Source: Selaginella moellendorffii (lineage: Eukaryota > Plantae > Lycopodiophyta). Taken from it: a DNA stretch of 64,000 bases. This document shows, piece by piece, positions 1-10,503 of the stretch (the stretch's first letter is position 1; each line of letters opens with the position of its first letter). The notes under the pieces were generated by a model. The model saw only the letters and a list, made by a program, of their open reading frames with translations. It was not told the origin of the DNA and made no database searches. Made by a program: the position numbers and the translations under genes. Where the stretch lies: assembly GCF_000143415.4 (NCBI RefSeq), contig NW_003314313.1, positions 957,430-1,021,429 of the forward strand, in the 5' to 3' direction.

Positions 1-281
1 ACTCATCATCTTGAAAGCTCGTTGCAATCACTGGAACTTCATGCTTTCTCTTTGGATTTGGAGCTCACCACCTTTAAACGTCATGTCCAACTCAAAGAGA
101 CAAATACAGTGGAGAATGGCTATGGCTTCCATCAATCTCAAACAGAGCCTCCATCCATACCTCCAAAAGATTGAAAATGGCTAGGAAATCCAAGAAGAAC
201 AGATGGATTCTCGGCTTAAAATAATGGTTTCATAGGTCAGCAATGGCAACTAAGTCCACTGCTAGAAGTAAAGGCAAGTGA

Positions 282-2705
282 ATGGCTGCTTTCTCGCCCC
301 CGCCCAGACTCTTGCTGCTCAAGCCACTGTCGCTGTCCAACGGCAGCACTCGTGTCGCGCCACCGCCGCCCTCTCTCGTGGCGTCTTGGAGATCATCCCT
401 CCTCAAATCCAGAAACCAGGTAAAGTTCTCTTTTTTTGCTTCAAGCTTGGTTTTCTAGAGATTGAAAGAGGAGAACCTTGTAGACTACTCGCAATTCCAT
501 GGATATGGAGCAGCCGCTAGTCGATGGCGATGCTCCGCCAGATCGATTCAAGGAGACCAACTGGAGAGCTGTCACACTTCCGTAAGTCCACCTGTCTGTG
601 GATTAAAATGTGAAGTCCATGTATCTTTTGGATGCTAGATTTTTGTTTCCAGCTCTGGGTGGGCTCTTGTTTGGCTATGATATTGGAGCAACCTCTGGAG
701 CTTCCATATCTTTGACGGTAAGTTCCCTTTTGCCTTTGTGGAGAAGGAAAAACGAGTCTAAATTATCTTCGGAATTGCTTGATTTCTTGCAGTCTCCAGA
801 GCTGAGTGGCACAGATTGGTACCAGCTTACGTCGATTCAAACGGGGCTAGTGGTAAGTTTGTCAAGTTTTTTCTTTTTTCTTTTTTCTTGGCAAGGAAAC
901 CTTTTTTCTTTTTCCAGGTGAGTGGTTCACTCTATGGAGCTTTGCTGGGATCCATTCTAGCATACAATGTCGCAGATAGGCTTGGTATGTTCATGCCTGT
1001 TTTCCTCTCAATTCCATTCAACTGTTTTCCTTTTTTCGTTTTGGTTTGTGAAGGACGACGAAAGGAGCTTATCTCCGCTGCTGCTATATACTGCATTGGA
1101 TCACTAGTCACAGGTCTAGCTCCAAACTTTCCTGTCATTCTCGCTGGAAGGCTGGCTTTTGGATTTGGCATTGGACTGGTAGGCAAACAAACACAAGTTT
1201 TCTCGAAATGTCCTGAGAAGTTTATTCATCTTTCTTTTCTCTCACGCAGGCAATGCATGGAGCACCAATGTACATCTCCGAAACATCACCATCTAAAGTA
1301 CGAGGGACACTTGTATCTCTGAAGGAAGCCTTCATAGTTCTTGGCATTTTGGTAAGCAAGCCACCACCTTCTTTCGTGTTTTAAGCCACTTTTTGCAGCT
1401 TGGATATCTAGCCGGCAGCGTAGAAATCTCCACTGTCGGAGGCTGGCGATGGATGTACGCATTCGCGGCACCGATCGCGATCATCATGGGAATTGGGATG
1501 TGGTGGCTGCCACCCTCGCCGCGATGGCTACTCTTGCGAGCGGTGCAAGGCAAAGGTGACATGAGCGAGCTCACGCGACAGGCTTGCGAGGCTTTCAAGA
1601 GGCTTGGAGGGGGATCAAGCAACATCACCCAAGAGGCTGTGGATTTGCAAGTGGATGAAACTGTCAAGTCGCTGGAGAGCTTGAGCAGGGAATCTGAGAG
1701 CGCGCAGCAAAGCGTCTGGGAGTTGTTCCGAGGAGGCAACTTGAAAACTTTGACGATTGGAACCGGCTTGGTCTTTTTCCAACAGGTTTGTTTTCTTTGT
1801 TCATGCTCGAGCAAAGTTTCATATTTTGTTCTGGTTTCTCTGGGATGTTTCTTTCAGGTGACTGGCCAGCCAAGCGTCCTATACTATGCAGCCACGATCC
1901 TCCAGGTGAGTGGCAGCATGTCCTTTAGTTTCTTTTTCGTTTTCTGAGTGAAACTTCGATCCAGAGTGCTGGATTTGCTGCTGCAACGGATGCAACACGA
2001 GTCTCGGTTCTACTGGGTGTTTTCAAGGTTTGTTTTTCTCTTATAACTTTTGCCGAAAAACTTCGAATTGTAACAGCTTATTATGACTGGAGTTGCGGTT
2101 TTCAACGTTGATAAACTCGGACGAAGGCCTCTACTAATCGGTGGTGTCAGCGGCATTGTAAAGTTTCTCGCTTTTCTCTACCTCTCCGTGAAGATCTAAC
2201 ACGAAAATCCCGCAGGTTGTGAGCTTGTTCATGCTGGCGTCTTTCTTTGTCTTCGGAAAGGGCCTCTCGTTTCTCGCAGTCATTGCGTTGCTTCTCTACG
2301 TTGGTTGCTACCAGGTAAATCCCCTGTGCATCTTGTGATCATGTGCTTCATCTAACTTCTTGGAGCAAACAGATATCATTTGGCCCGATTTCATGGCTCA
2401 TGATCTCGGAAATTTTCCCACTTAGAACACGGGGTCGAGCTCTCAGCATCTCGACTCTTGTCAACTTCGCAGCCAATGCTTTAGTCGCACTGGCATACTC
2501 ACCACTACAGGTAAAGAGTATTCTTTCTCGAAACAAATAACCAATCAATCAAACCACGCAGGAACTTTTGGGAGCGCCTCTGACTTTCGTGGGATTTGGA
2601 GTGATTGGAATCGTGGCGCTCGTCTTCATTGTTTCCACGGTCCCAGAGACAAAGGGACTAAGCCTGGAAGAGATAGAACAGCAGCTCTTCGCGAGTAAGC
2701 AGTGA
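282..2705 (+). CDS. MFS sugar-porter, VGT/D-xylose-proton-symporter-like, probably plastid-targeted (multi-exon)
   Basis: Spliced reading: MAAFSPPPRLLLLKPLSLSNGSTRVAHRRPLSWRL (transit-peptide-like), FLFPALGGLLFGYDIGATSGA, GRRKELI, APMYISETSPSKVRGTLVSLKE, GWRWMY, FQQVTGQPSVLYYA, SFGPISWLMISEIFPLRTRGR, VPETKGLSLEEIEQQLFASKQ* (TGA 2703-2705). Many short GT-AG introns. Confidence 0.92.
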
Positions 2706-2735
2706 GTGATAGAATGTCATCTGAAAGTATAAAAT

Positions 2736-4414
2736 CTAACTTTTCCATCTTTTGTTTTGATGGGAAGCTTGTAAACAAGAAGCTCTGTGCAGTGATCCTT
2801 TGAGACAGATATTTATTCTTCCATCGCTAAACCTTCCTCCAAAAACTAATCCCAAAAAACTAGAAAAGAGATATGGGGTGACCTTGAATTTTTCGCGTTT
2901 GTTTTCTTGGAGCTCGTGTACGTGATCTTCATGCTCTTCGTTTTCACCGTGCTCCAAGTTTGGTGCTGCTGGATCAGCAACACTCTCTTCTCCCTGGCAC
3001 ACATCACACGCATCGATTCAATCCAAAAACTTGACTGCAAAGTTATCCCACCTTGTTCCTGTTGCCATCCCACGTAAAGGCAAACTCGTCCTCTTTTTCA
3101 GCAGCAGCAGCAATATCTTGCAGAACATCTTCCAAAAGGTTCTCGTACTCCAAATCTGCAAACGAAAAACTCAGTCGAAGAATGCAACGAGCTAAAACAG
3201 ATTCACCTCTGTCTTGTTAGAGGCTGACTTGCGATAAACGCCGCGGATTTTGACGTCCATCTCTGCTGTACTTGTTGTTGATCTGTCTGCGTGACTTGCC
3301 AGGTATTAGCCGCTGGATGAGATCAAAATCAGTCCCAAACTGCTCAACAGCCTGCAAGAAAAATAACTTGATAAGAAAGGAAAAACCTCGGAGGCTCCTT
3401 ACCTTTTAGTAGAGTTCCGTCTCTTCAGGCCTCCATCTCTCGTTGGCTGCGGTGCTGCTTCGGTAGTTCACCTTCCTGTGCGTTTCGTCTATGCGCCTGT
3501 AAGTCGCAGGGTCCTCCTCATTCAAGGCCCTGGCATCTATCGTCAAACTTTTGGGATTCGATGGCAATGCTCCCATTGATGATCCTCACTTGTGGAGCAA
3601 CGTTTACTCTGTACAATCCAAGAAAACAATCTTATCGATACACAAGAGCATCTTATGTCTCAGCTACTTACTCCTTCTGTATTCTCGTGACAGGAATACT
3701 CTCTTCCGGCTTTTGAACTTTTTCCTTTTTCTCCTGAACAGAACCAAGATCACAGTAAGAAAGTTTTCAGAAACTAGAGCTACAAAGTGTCTTACTTTCT
3801 TCATCCTCTTCCTTTGCCTCGGTGATTTTGATGAAATCTCTCAAGAACGCCTCTTTGATTAATGTCGGCAAGTCGATACTCACAGCTGGATGTACAATCA
3901 AAACCACGTCAAAAGGAAACGTAAGAGTTTTCTACCTGGCTCTTGTTTCTTGCGTGAAACCGACCGCTTGTTTCTCTTTGCCTTTGAACACTCGCTGGTA
4001 CAAGTTTCAGTGCGCTAAAACACAAGAGGAGAGGAAAAGTAAAACAAGAAACAAGAAGAAGAAGACGTACCGATGAGGGCATAACCAGATCTGGCACTGG
4101 AGCCGGCGGTGCCAAAGTTGGCACAGAGTCACTTGGTGCTTCTTGCAGAGATAGAGGTTCTTCGCACTGATGATCGACTATTGCATCCAATTCCACCTCG
4201 CTCAAAGTTTCGAGAGGGATTTCTGGATCTTTCTTCTCGGGCACTCTCTCCTCTTGAGCTGGCGTTTTGATTTCGCACTCTCTACGAGGTCGGAGCTTCA
4301 CTTTTGGATGAAAGGCGGAAGCGCGACTAGCTACAAAAAATAGTCATTCTCCCGTGAAGACCTAGCGCAGCGCTACATACCATTGCCGCGCCCGCCTCGA
4401 GCGCTTGCCAGCAT
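2736..4414 (-). pseudogene. Bdp1 / TFIIIB B''-like SANT-domain gene, apparently disabled
   Basis: Minus-strand exons read VAPQVRIINGSIAI../SLTIDARALNEED..ERWRPEETELY*K/AVEQFGTDFDLIQRLIPGKSRRQINNKY, matching the Bdp1 Myb/SANT motif. Lesions: frameshift near 3550-3560, in-frame TAA at 3406-3408 and 3217-3219. ATG at 4414 is tentative; 3' end uncertain. Confidence 0.72.
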
Positions 4415-4423
4415 TGCGCCCAA

Positions 4424-4438
4424 GAACCCTAAACCCTA
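4424..4438 (+). promoter_or_regulatory. Telo-box-like motifs (AACCCTAAACCCTAG) between the divergent Bdp1-like and GulLO-like genes
   Basis: Two overlapping AACCCTA units next to the Bdp1-like start; motif match only. Confidence 0.35.
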
Positions 4439-4721
4439 GAAGAGGCTATTATTTGACATGTTTTGTTGCCACATAAACTGTCTAATAACGTGGGATATTA
4501 AATTAGATTGAGCCAACATGATCCGATGATCCACGCGGTGTGAACTCCATTTTCCTGCTTGGTGAGATCTCCTCCGCTTTGATAACCTTTGACTTTAAGC
4601 ATCAATCATGCTATTTCCTATTAGTTTTCAACCTCTTCTCGCGGCTTGGAGCAGCAGAGCACTTTCGAAAACTCTATAGATGTTCTTCGCGCTCATCAGA
4701 TAGATTCCACAACGAACGAGA

Positions 4722-6658
4722 ATGTTGCTGGCGCTTGCTCTTGCTATCCCGCTGCTGCTGCTGGCGGACGCGTTTCCTCCGGATCCAGCTTTTTGCGACG
4801 ACTCTGGAGATTGTTTCATCACCAATGCGTATAGGACATGGAACACCAGACAGGTAGATTCATCACCTCTCCAGAGAAAACAATTCTTCTCATGATCGAT
4901 TCGATCCAAAAGGTTTGCAGAGTTTCTCAGATCGTGTATCCATCCAACGAGGAGGAGCTCCTGGAAGCCGTGGGCTATGGAGCCAAGAACAAGCTCAAGA
5001 TGAAAGCCGTGACCAAGTCTAGTCACAGCCTTCCTCCACTGGCATGCCCAGGAGATGGCGCCGCCGCTGGCCTCCTCGCCATTAGCACCGCCAACTACAG
5101 CCGCGGGATTGCCGTGGACGTGGCGTCCAAGGCGGTGGAAGTGGATGGCGGCGCGCAGCTCCAGGCGGTGCTCGACGAGGCCGCGCGGCATGGCCTGGCA
5201 CTGGCCGCGTCTCCCTATTGGAATGGCCTCTCCGTCGCTGGAATCCTCAGCACTGGATCCCATGGGAGCTCCTGGAGTGGCAAAGGAGGAGCTCTCCATG
5301 ATCACGTCCTCAAGCTTCGCATGGTGGTACCGTCCGGGAAGAATTTCTCCTCTTCTTCCTCACACAACGAATTTGCGAAGATCGTCACTCTCACCCCCGG
5401 CGATGGCGATCTCTTCTACGCCGCGATCGTCTCACTTGGAACGATGGGAGTCATCTCAAAGGTCTTTTCTCACTCGAGCTCTCGATTTTCTTCTTGATCT
5501 AGCACTGGCATCTTCGCAATCGATCAATTCTATCCATTATAGGTGACGCTGGAGCTGGAGCCCATGTTTAAGCGATTGATCACCAACGTGGGCCTGGAAG
5601 ACAAGATCGTGGCGTTTGGGAACGAGCACGAATTCGGCGACGTGATCTGGTACCCGTCCAAGCGAGAGGCCGTCTACCGGATCGACGATCGCGTCCTTGT
5701 CGACATACCCGGCGATGGAGTCAATGATTTCATCGGCTTCCAGCCCACATTGGCGCCTGCCATCGTCGCCCAAAGAGCTCTCGGTAAGAACCTTAGCCAG
5801 GATTCCTGAAACTAATGCTTATCGATCCCGACAGAGGAGACGCTGGAGGCGACGCGATCCTCCATTGGCAAGTGCAGCGCATCACAGACACAAGTATCGC
5901 TACTCCAAAGCCTGGGCTACGGCCTCAAGAACACACGTAGCCTAGGGCTCTTCACGGGCTACCCAGTGGTGGGATTCCAGCACAAAATCCAGACCGCCGG
6001 TGGCTGCCAAGATTCCGCGTCGAGGCTGCTCATCTGTGGCTGGGATTCCGCCAAGAATGCGCTCTTCTACCTCGAATCAGGCATCACAATCCCAGCCCAG
6101 AGCATCGCGGCCTTCATCGCGGACGTGAAGCATCTGAGAGATTCCCACCCAGATGCCGGGGCCTTGTGCGGGATCGACCTCTACACTGGTGTCCTTTTGC
6201 GCTACGTGGCCGCATCGCGGGCGTTGCTCGGCAAGCCATTCGACGGGGTGGATGTGGGGCTTACGTACTACCGGTCACGAAATGGGAGTGTCCCGCGGCT
6301 CAACATGGACCTGTGGCAAGAGGTGGAACAGATGGCCATTTCTAAGTACGGAGGCGTTCCTCACTGGGGGAAAAACACACCGGTCACCTTCTCGAATCTT
6401 GGGACTGGCAGCTCTCCAGTGCTGGAGAGATTTGTGGGAGCGATGAGGAGGATGGATCCAGATGGGCTCTTCTCCAGCACCTGGAGCGATCGACTTCTTG
6501 GCATCCAAGCTTTTGGAACTGTAATGGCAGCTGGGTGTGCATTAGAGGGTTTGTGCATTTGTGCAAGGGATGAGCACTGCGCACCAGAAAAAAGTTATTA
6601 CTGTCGGCCAGGGAGAGTTTTCACAGCTGCTAGGGTGTGCAGATATGAAAATGCTTGA
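4722..6658 (+). CDS. L-gulonolactone oxidase-like FAD-linked oxidase (plant GulLO/ALO family), secreted; 4 exons
   Basis: Exon 1 (missed by the ORF track) reads MLLALALAIPLLLLADAFPPDPAFCDDSGDCFITNAYRTW (signal peptide plus the family PPxP..C..C..TNAY motif). Then YPSNEEEL, SHSLPPLAC, PYWNGLSVAGILSTGSHGSS, PHWGKN, DPDGLFSS and the Cys-rich tail GCALEGLCIC..HCAP..YYCRPG. Confidence 0.92.
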
Positions 6659-7499
6659 TTACACCAAGGACTGATCAAACAGAAGTATAGCAATTTTGTT
6701 GTTGAGTAGTAATTAATATTTTAAACGTTATGGTTTATATAGCCCATTAGCATAGCAATGAATATGTGCCTATTATATGTTATATATTTACATATGTGTG
6801 GATTTAGTTTTTTCATTTTGAGTTGCATGCAAAAATATTATGCACACAACACTATATAACCAATCAAAATGTGATTGTATATATAATATTTTTTTCATAG
6901 AATATGCCATGTATGGATGGGGCATAACATTTCAGATTGTCACGCAAAACTAATATCACATCATCTCATACAATATGACATCACCATGAATTTAGTGATG
7001 TTTTTTTTCCTTCTCAATTTTATATTATTGAGTGCAAATTTCTGATCTCTTAATTGTGACCATCTTTCTTGTAATTATACTTTATTTCTTATGGCTTAGA
7101 AGTGTATTTCAATTGCAGTCAAAACCACCGTGCTTTAACTGCTCTTGCAAGTGCCTCACATTTCTTGTGGCTTATTTGTGGTCTATCACATTAATTTAGG
7201 TTAGTACAAAGGTGAACACAATCAATTGGAGCGCAAAGGTGAGAACAAAGCTTTTCTTTGGGTTCTTAGAGTGTTGAGTATGGTAGTGCTTTTAACAAAC
7301 AAGTGGATCATGTTATAGTTGCAATTCTATTGATTTCTTGTGTTCTTAATCATATGTATAGCTTTTTGGAATTGTAGTGGTTTATTTCATTTAACACATT
7401 ACAAAGCAATAATGTAAGCCTTTTTTTCTTGGATTTTTGCTTCTTCATTTATGATTTATGGTTGTTTCAGTGATTGTGTTGGGTTTATAATGTAACATT

Positions 7500-7699
7500 T
7501 ACTAATAACACTTTATTGCACTTCAGCACCACTTGGCTTGTTTGGATTTTTATTTTTATTATATTTTTATGATATATTTGATATTTATAATTGTATACAC
7601 ACACAAATAAATAAATAAATATTTATTTATTTATTTATGTGTGTGTGTATATCTATAATAAGCCAACTGGTGCTAAAGTGCAATAAAGTATTATTAGTA
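7500..7699. repeat. ~200 bp palindromic (foldback/MITE-like) element
   Basis: 7501-7540 ACTAATAACACTTTATTGCACTTCAGCACCACTTGGCTTG is the near-perfect reverse complement of ~7660-7698. An inner palindrome TATACACACACAAATAAATAAATAAAT|ATTTATTTATTTATTTATGTGTGTGTGTATA is centred at 7620/7621. Confidence 0.8.
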
Positions 7700-7847
7700 C
7701 TTCATTTTCTCTAACTTTATTCTCTAGATATTATTATATCCACCATAGTAAAACAAATATAACAACTGTTAAAGTTTTAATTTTAAATTTTTTATTTAAA
7801 AATAATTATAAATAATAATACCTAATCATAAATTAATATCTATAATC

Positions 7848-8180
7848 ATGAATTATTATTTATTATTTATAGTTATATTAAATTTTACAATTGGTATATT
7901 ATCTGATGAGCCATGTGGTGGATGGATTAATACTTGTAAAATTCTAACACTTGAGCCTTTGTACTTAAGTGTTAGTGTAAGTTGTAAGAAAATTGATAAA
8001 TCTTGGCATCCATCCATTTTTGTAATTGGTCTTTGTAGTTATGAAATTTTATATTGTAATTTGTATCCAGAAAGGAAAGAAAATAATTTAATTTGTCATG
8101 ATTCTCAAGGACAGGAACTTAAACTTAATAAACTTGCAGGAAATAATGATGGGCATGTTATTTGTTGCTCACCTCCATAA
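7848..8180 (+). CDS. Small secreted Cys-rich protein, divergent cyanovirin-N homologue (CVNH)-like lectin
   Basis: Intact 110-aa intronless ORF in very AT-rich DNA, with a hydrophobic signal peptide and 8 Cys. CxxWxxTC..VSCKKIDKSW resembles the first CVNH repeat; LICHDSQGQ..LKLNKLAGNNDGHVIC matches the CVNH LxCxxxxG..LNxxxGNxDGxL motif. Confidence 0.62.
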   Translation: MNYYLLFIVILNFTIGILSDEPCGGWINTCKILTLEPLYLSVSVSCKKIDKSWHPSIFVIGLCSYEILYCNLYPERKENNLICHDSQGQELKLNKLAGNNDGHVICCSPP

Positions 8181-8464
8181 CAAGAGCCAACATTATTTTC
8201 TCCATAATATTTAGTATTTTTATTTATTTATAATTATTTTATAAGATTATTTTTACATTTACTAATTTTAAATAATTTTATATCTATATAAGGTTTTTAA
8301 ATAATTATATATATTACAAATGTTTATTTTTTTATAATAGTTTTGAGTATGGTAAGCAATTTGTGATGATAGTTTTTAGGAAGAGGTACACCTCCCAAAA
8401 AGGGAAGTACTTGTAGTTTGGCAAAAAATTATACAAACCTATAAAATTTATAAAATATAAACAC

Positions 8465-8495
8465 ATATGTATGTATGTATGTGTGTGTGTGTGTG

Positions 8496-8580
<85 letters not shown>
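8465..8580. repeat. Compound microsatellite (TATG)n(TG)n(TA)n
   Basis: Directly visible. Confidence 0.98.
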
Positions 8581-8582
<2 letters not shown>

Positions 8583-10503
8583 AATATTCGTATTAATTCC
8601 CCAAGCAATAGTGTATCAGAGGCTAGAATTTTTCTTTTTAAACAAATCTTTGAAACTTAATTTTGTGATGGGAAGGAGGAAAGAAATATTTTTTCTCTAT
8701 AATTTTTCAAATTTTCACTTTTAAATGTTATTTATGATGTCCACAATCATATCCTCTAAAATGATCTAGCTTGGGACATATACAAACTTTTATTTTACAT
8801 CATACTTTCTAAATGCCATAGTAGCTTTGCTTATGAAAAATAGAAGAAAGTTTAAAATCTTCCTCTAAATAAACTTCTTTCAAATACAACTCTTTTTATT
8901 GTAACTCCATTAGAAATCATCTCATATTTATCTAGTTTTTTCTTCTGCACTTAATGCAAAACTACAAGATAAGATATTTGTAGCGCACCTGAATTTGGAG
9001 CCGAACTCCAAGCCCGTTGCACTACGAAACGAGGGTCCGGTACAATCCCATGAGCACCAACTCCCCGTATCCAGCACCTGCACGCAAAATGGTGTCAGAC
9101 GGAGTCTGGCACAATTTTGGCATACCGGTGGCCTAACGTGAGGAGGAGGGTACTCTACCGACTAGAGCAGCATGGAGCTTGGGCTTAGACCCAAGCTGGA
9201 CGCAGAACAAGGAGCGACACAACCCAGCGGGAGCCAAACTAATGTCTCAGGTGGTCGGACATGCATTCCAACCACTATCCCTACTATACATTTGGAACCC
9301 CCCACAGCCCCCCTCCTTTGAGGGACACACGCTTTGGGCTTTCACCCCAAGCTTCCCTTAGTACCAGGAGTTAGTATCTGGGACAAGTCCGAAACTTACT
9401 AAATATGGAATGGCCTTAGATTGCGAATTTGGACACGGGACGAACACTATTGTGTTCAGGACGATCTCTACATTCTGTAGATATGCCAAATCAGAAAATC
9501 TAGACACTTTCCATAAATAGCATATGGGACCGAAATGAGACCAACACTAAGGGCATGATAGCGAGGGTGTTTGGCAGACACGGTAAGCTATCATCAATTG
9601 AATATTGAGGGACTAGTCTCAATATCACGAGGGTTCCCAACACTAGCAAGTGCAAGTCAGCGAATGAGTTTCTCTAACCAAGTCAAGTATGTTTGACAAA
9701 TAGCATGTAAGAATTCCGTCCTTATGCTCATCTGATCAAGTGCACATGCGATGACCAGTTTCTCAACTAGCTTGAGTGGAGACGATAAAAGGGACCAGCA
9801 GTACCGACCTCCTGCCGTTGTGGCAGTAAGGAAAGAGTGCCCATAAGGACTGGCCAACAAGTATCTTTCGATACCCGAAGTCACATTCGCGACACTCTCC
9901 CCCCCTTGGGGAAGATTGACGTCCTCGTCGATGCATACCTGAGTCTAATAAACCGTCAAGGAAACAACTTCGAAAGTTAACGGAAAGCACACTATGTGGG
10001 AAATACACCGACTTAAATGAGTTATGGAACGCCCTCTCCTCTACGTCCAAAGACGTTAAGACCCAGACACCCTCCGGCCGTCGCCGACAAGGAAATGACC
10101 AACGGAGTTAGCCACCCTTGCTGCTCCGAGTACCACTCAGCTTACAAAGGAATGATACATCCCTGCCCGCAGGGATATAGGGAGAAGGCCAGAGGCCCAA
10201 CTTCCCCTGAGCAAGAAATCAACCCCGTCGGGAAGATTTAGACAACTATTATAAACTAGCAGATTAAGTTGTTTACACGACCACGCCCCTTTTGCAAAAG
10301 TGAGTCATCGAGAGAGAGGCGGGGACTTGTGATCAGTCTATAATAATTATCCCCACGGTTATGGATTGGACCCATGCACCGAAGTGCCGAAGTCAACCTG
10401 CCAAAACTGACCCAAGTACAAATGATCGAGAGAAATGACACTTTGAGTGATAGAAATATTTTACTTTATTAATTTGCAAGATATATTACAAGATTTACAA
10501 AAG

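Noticed and set aside
8467-8724. ORFs with YIYIYI runs
   Set aside because: Microsatellite translation.
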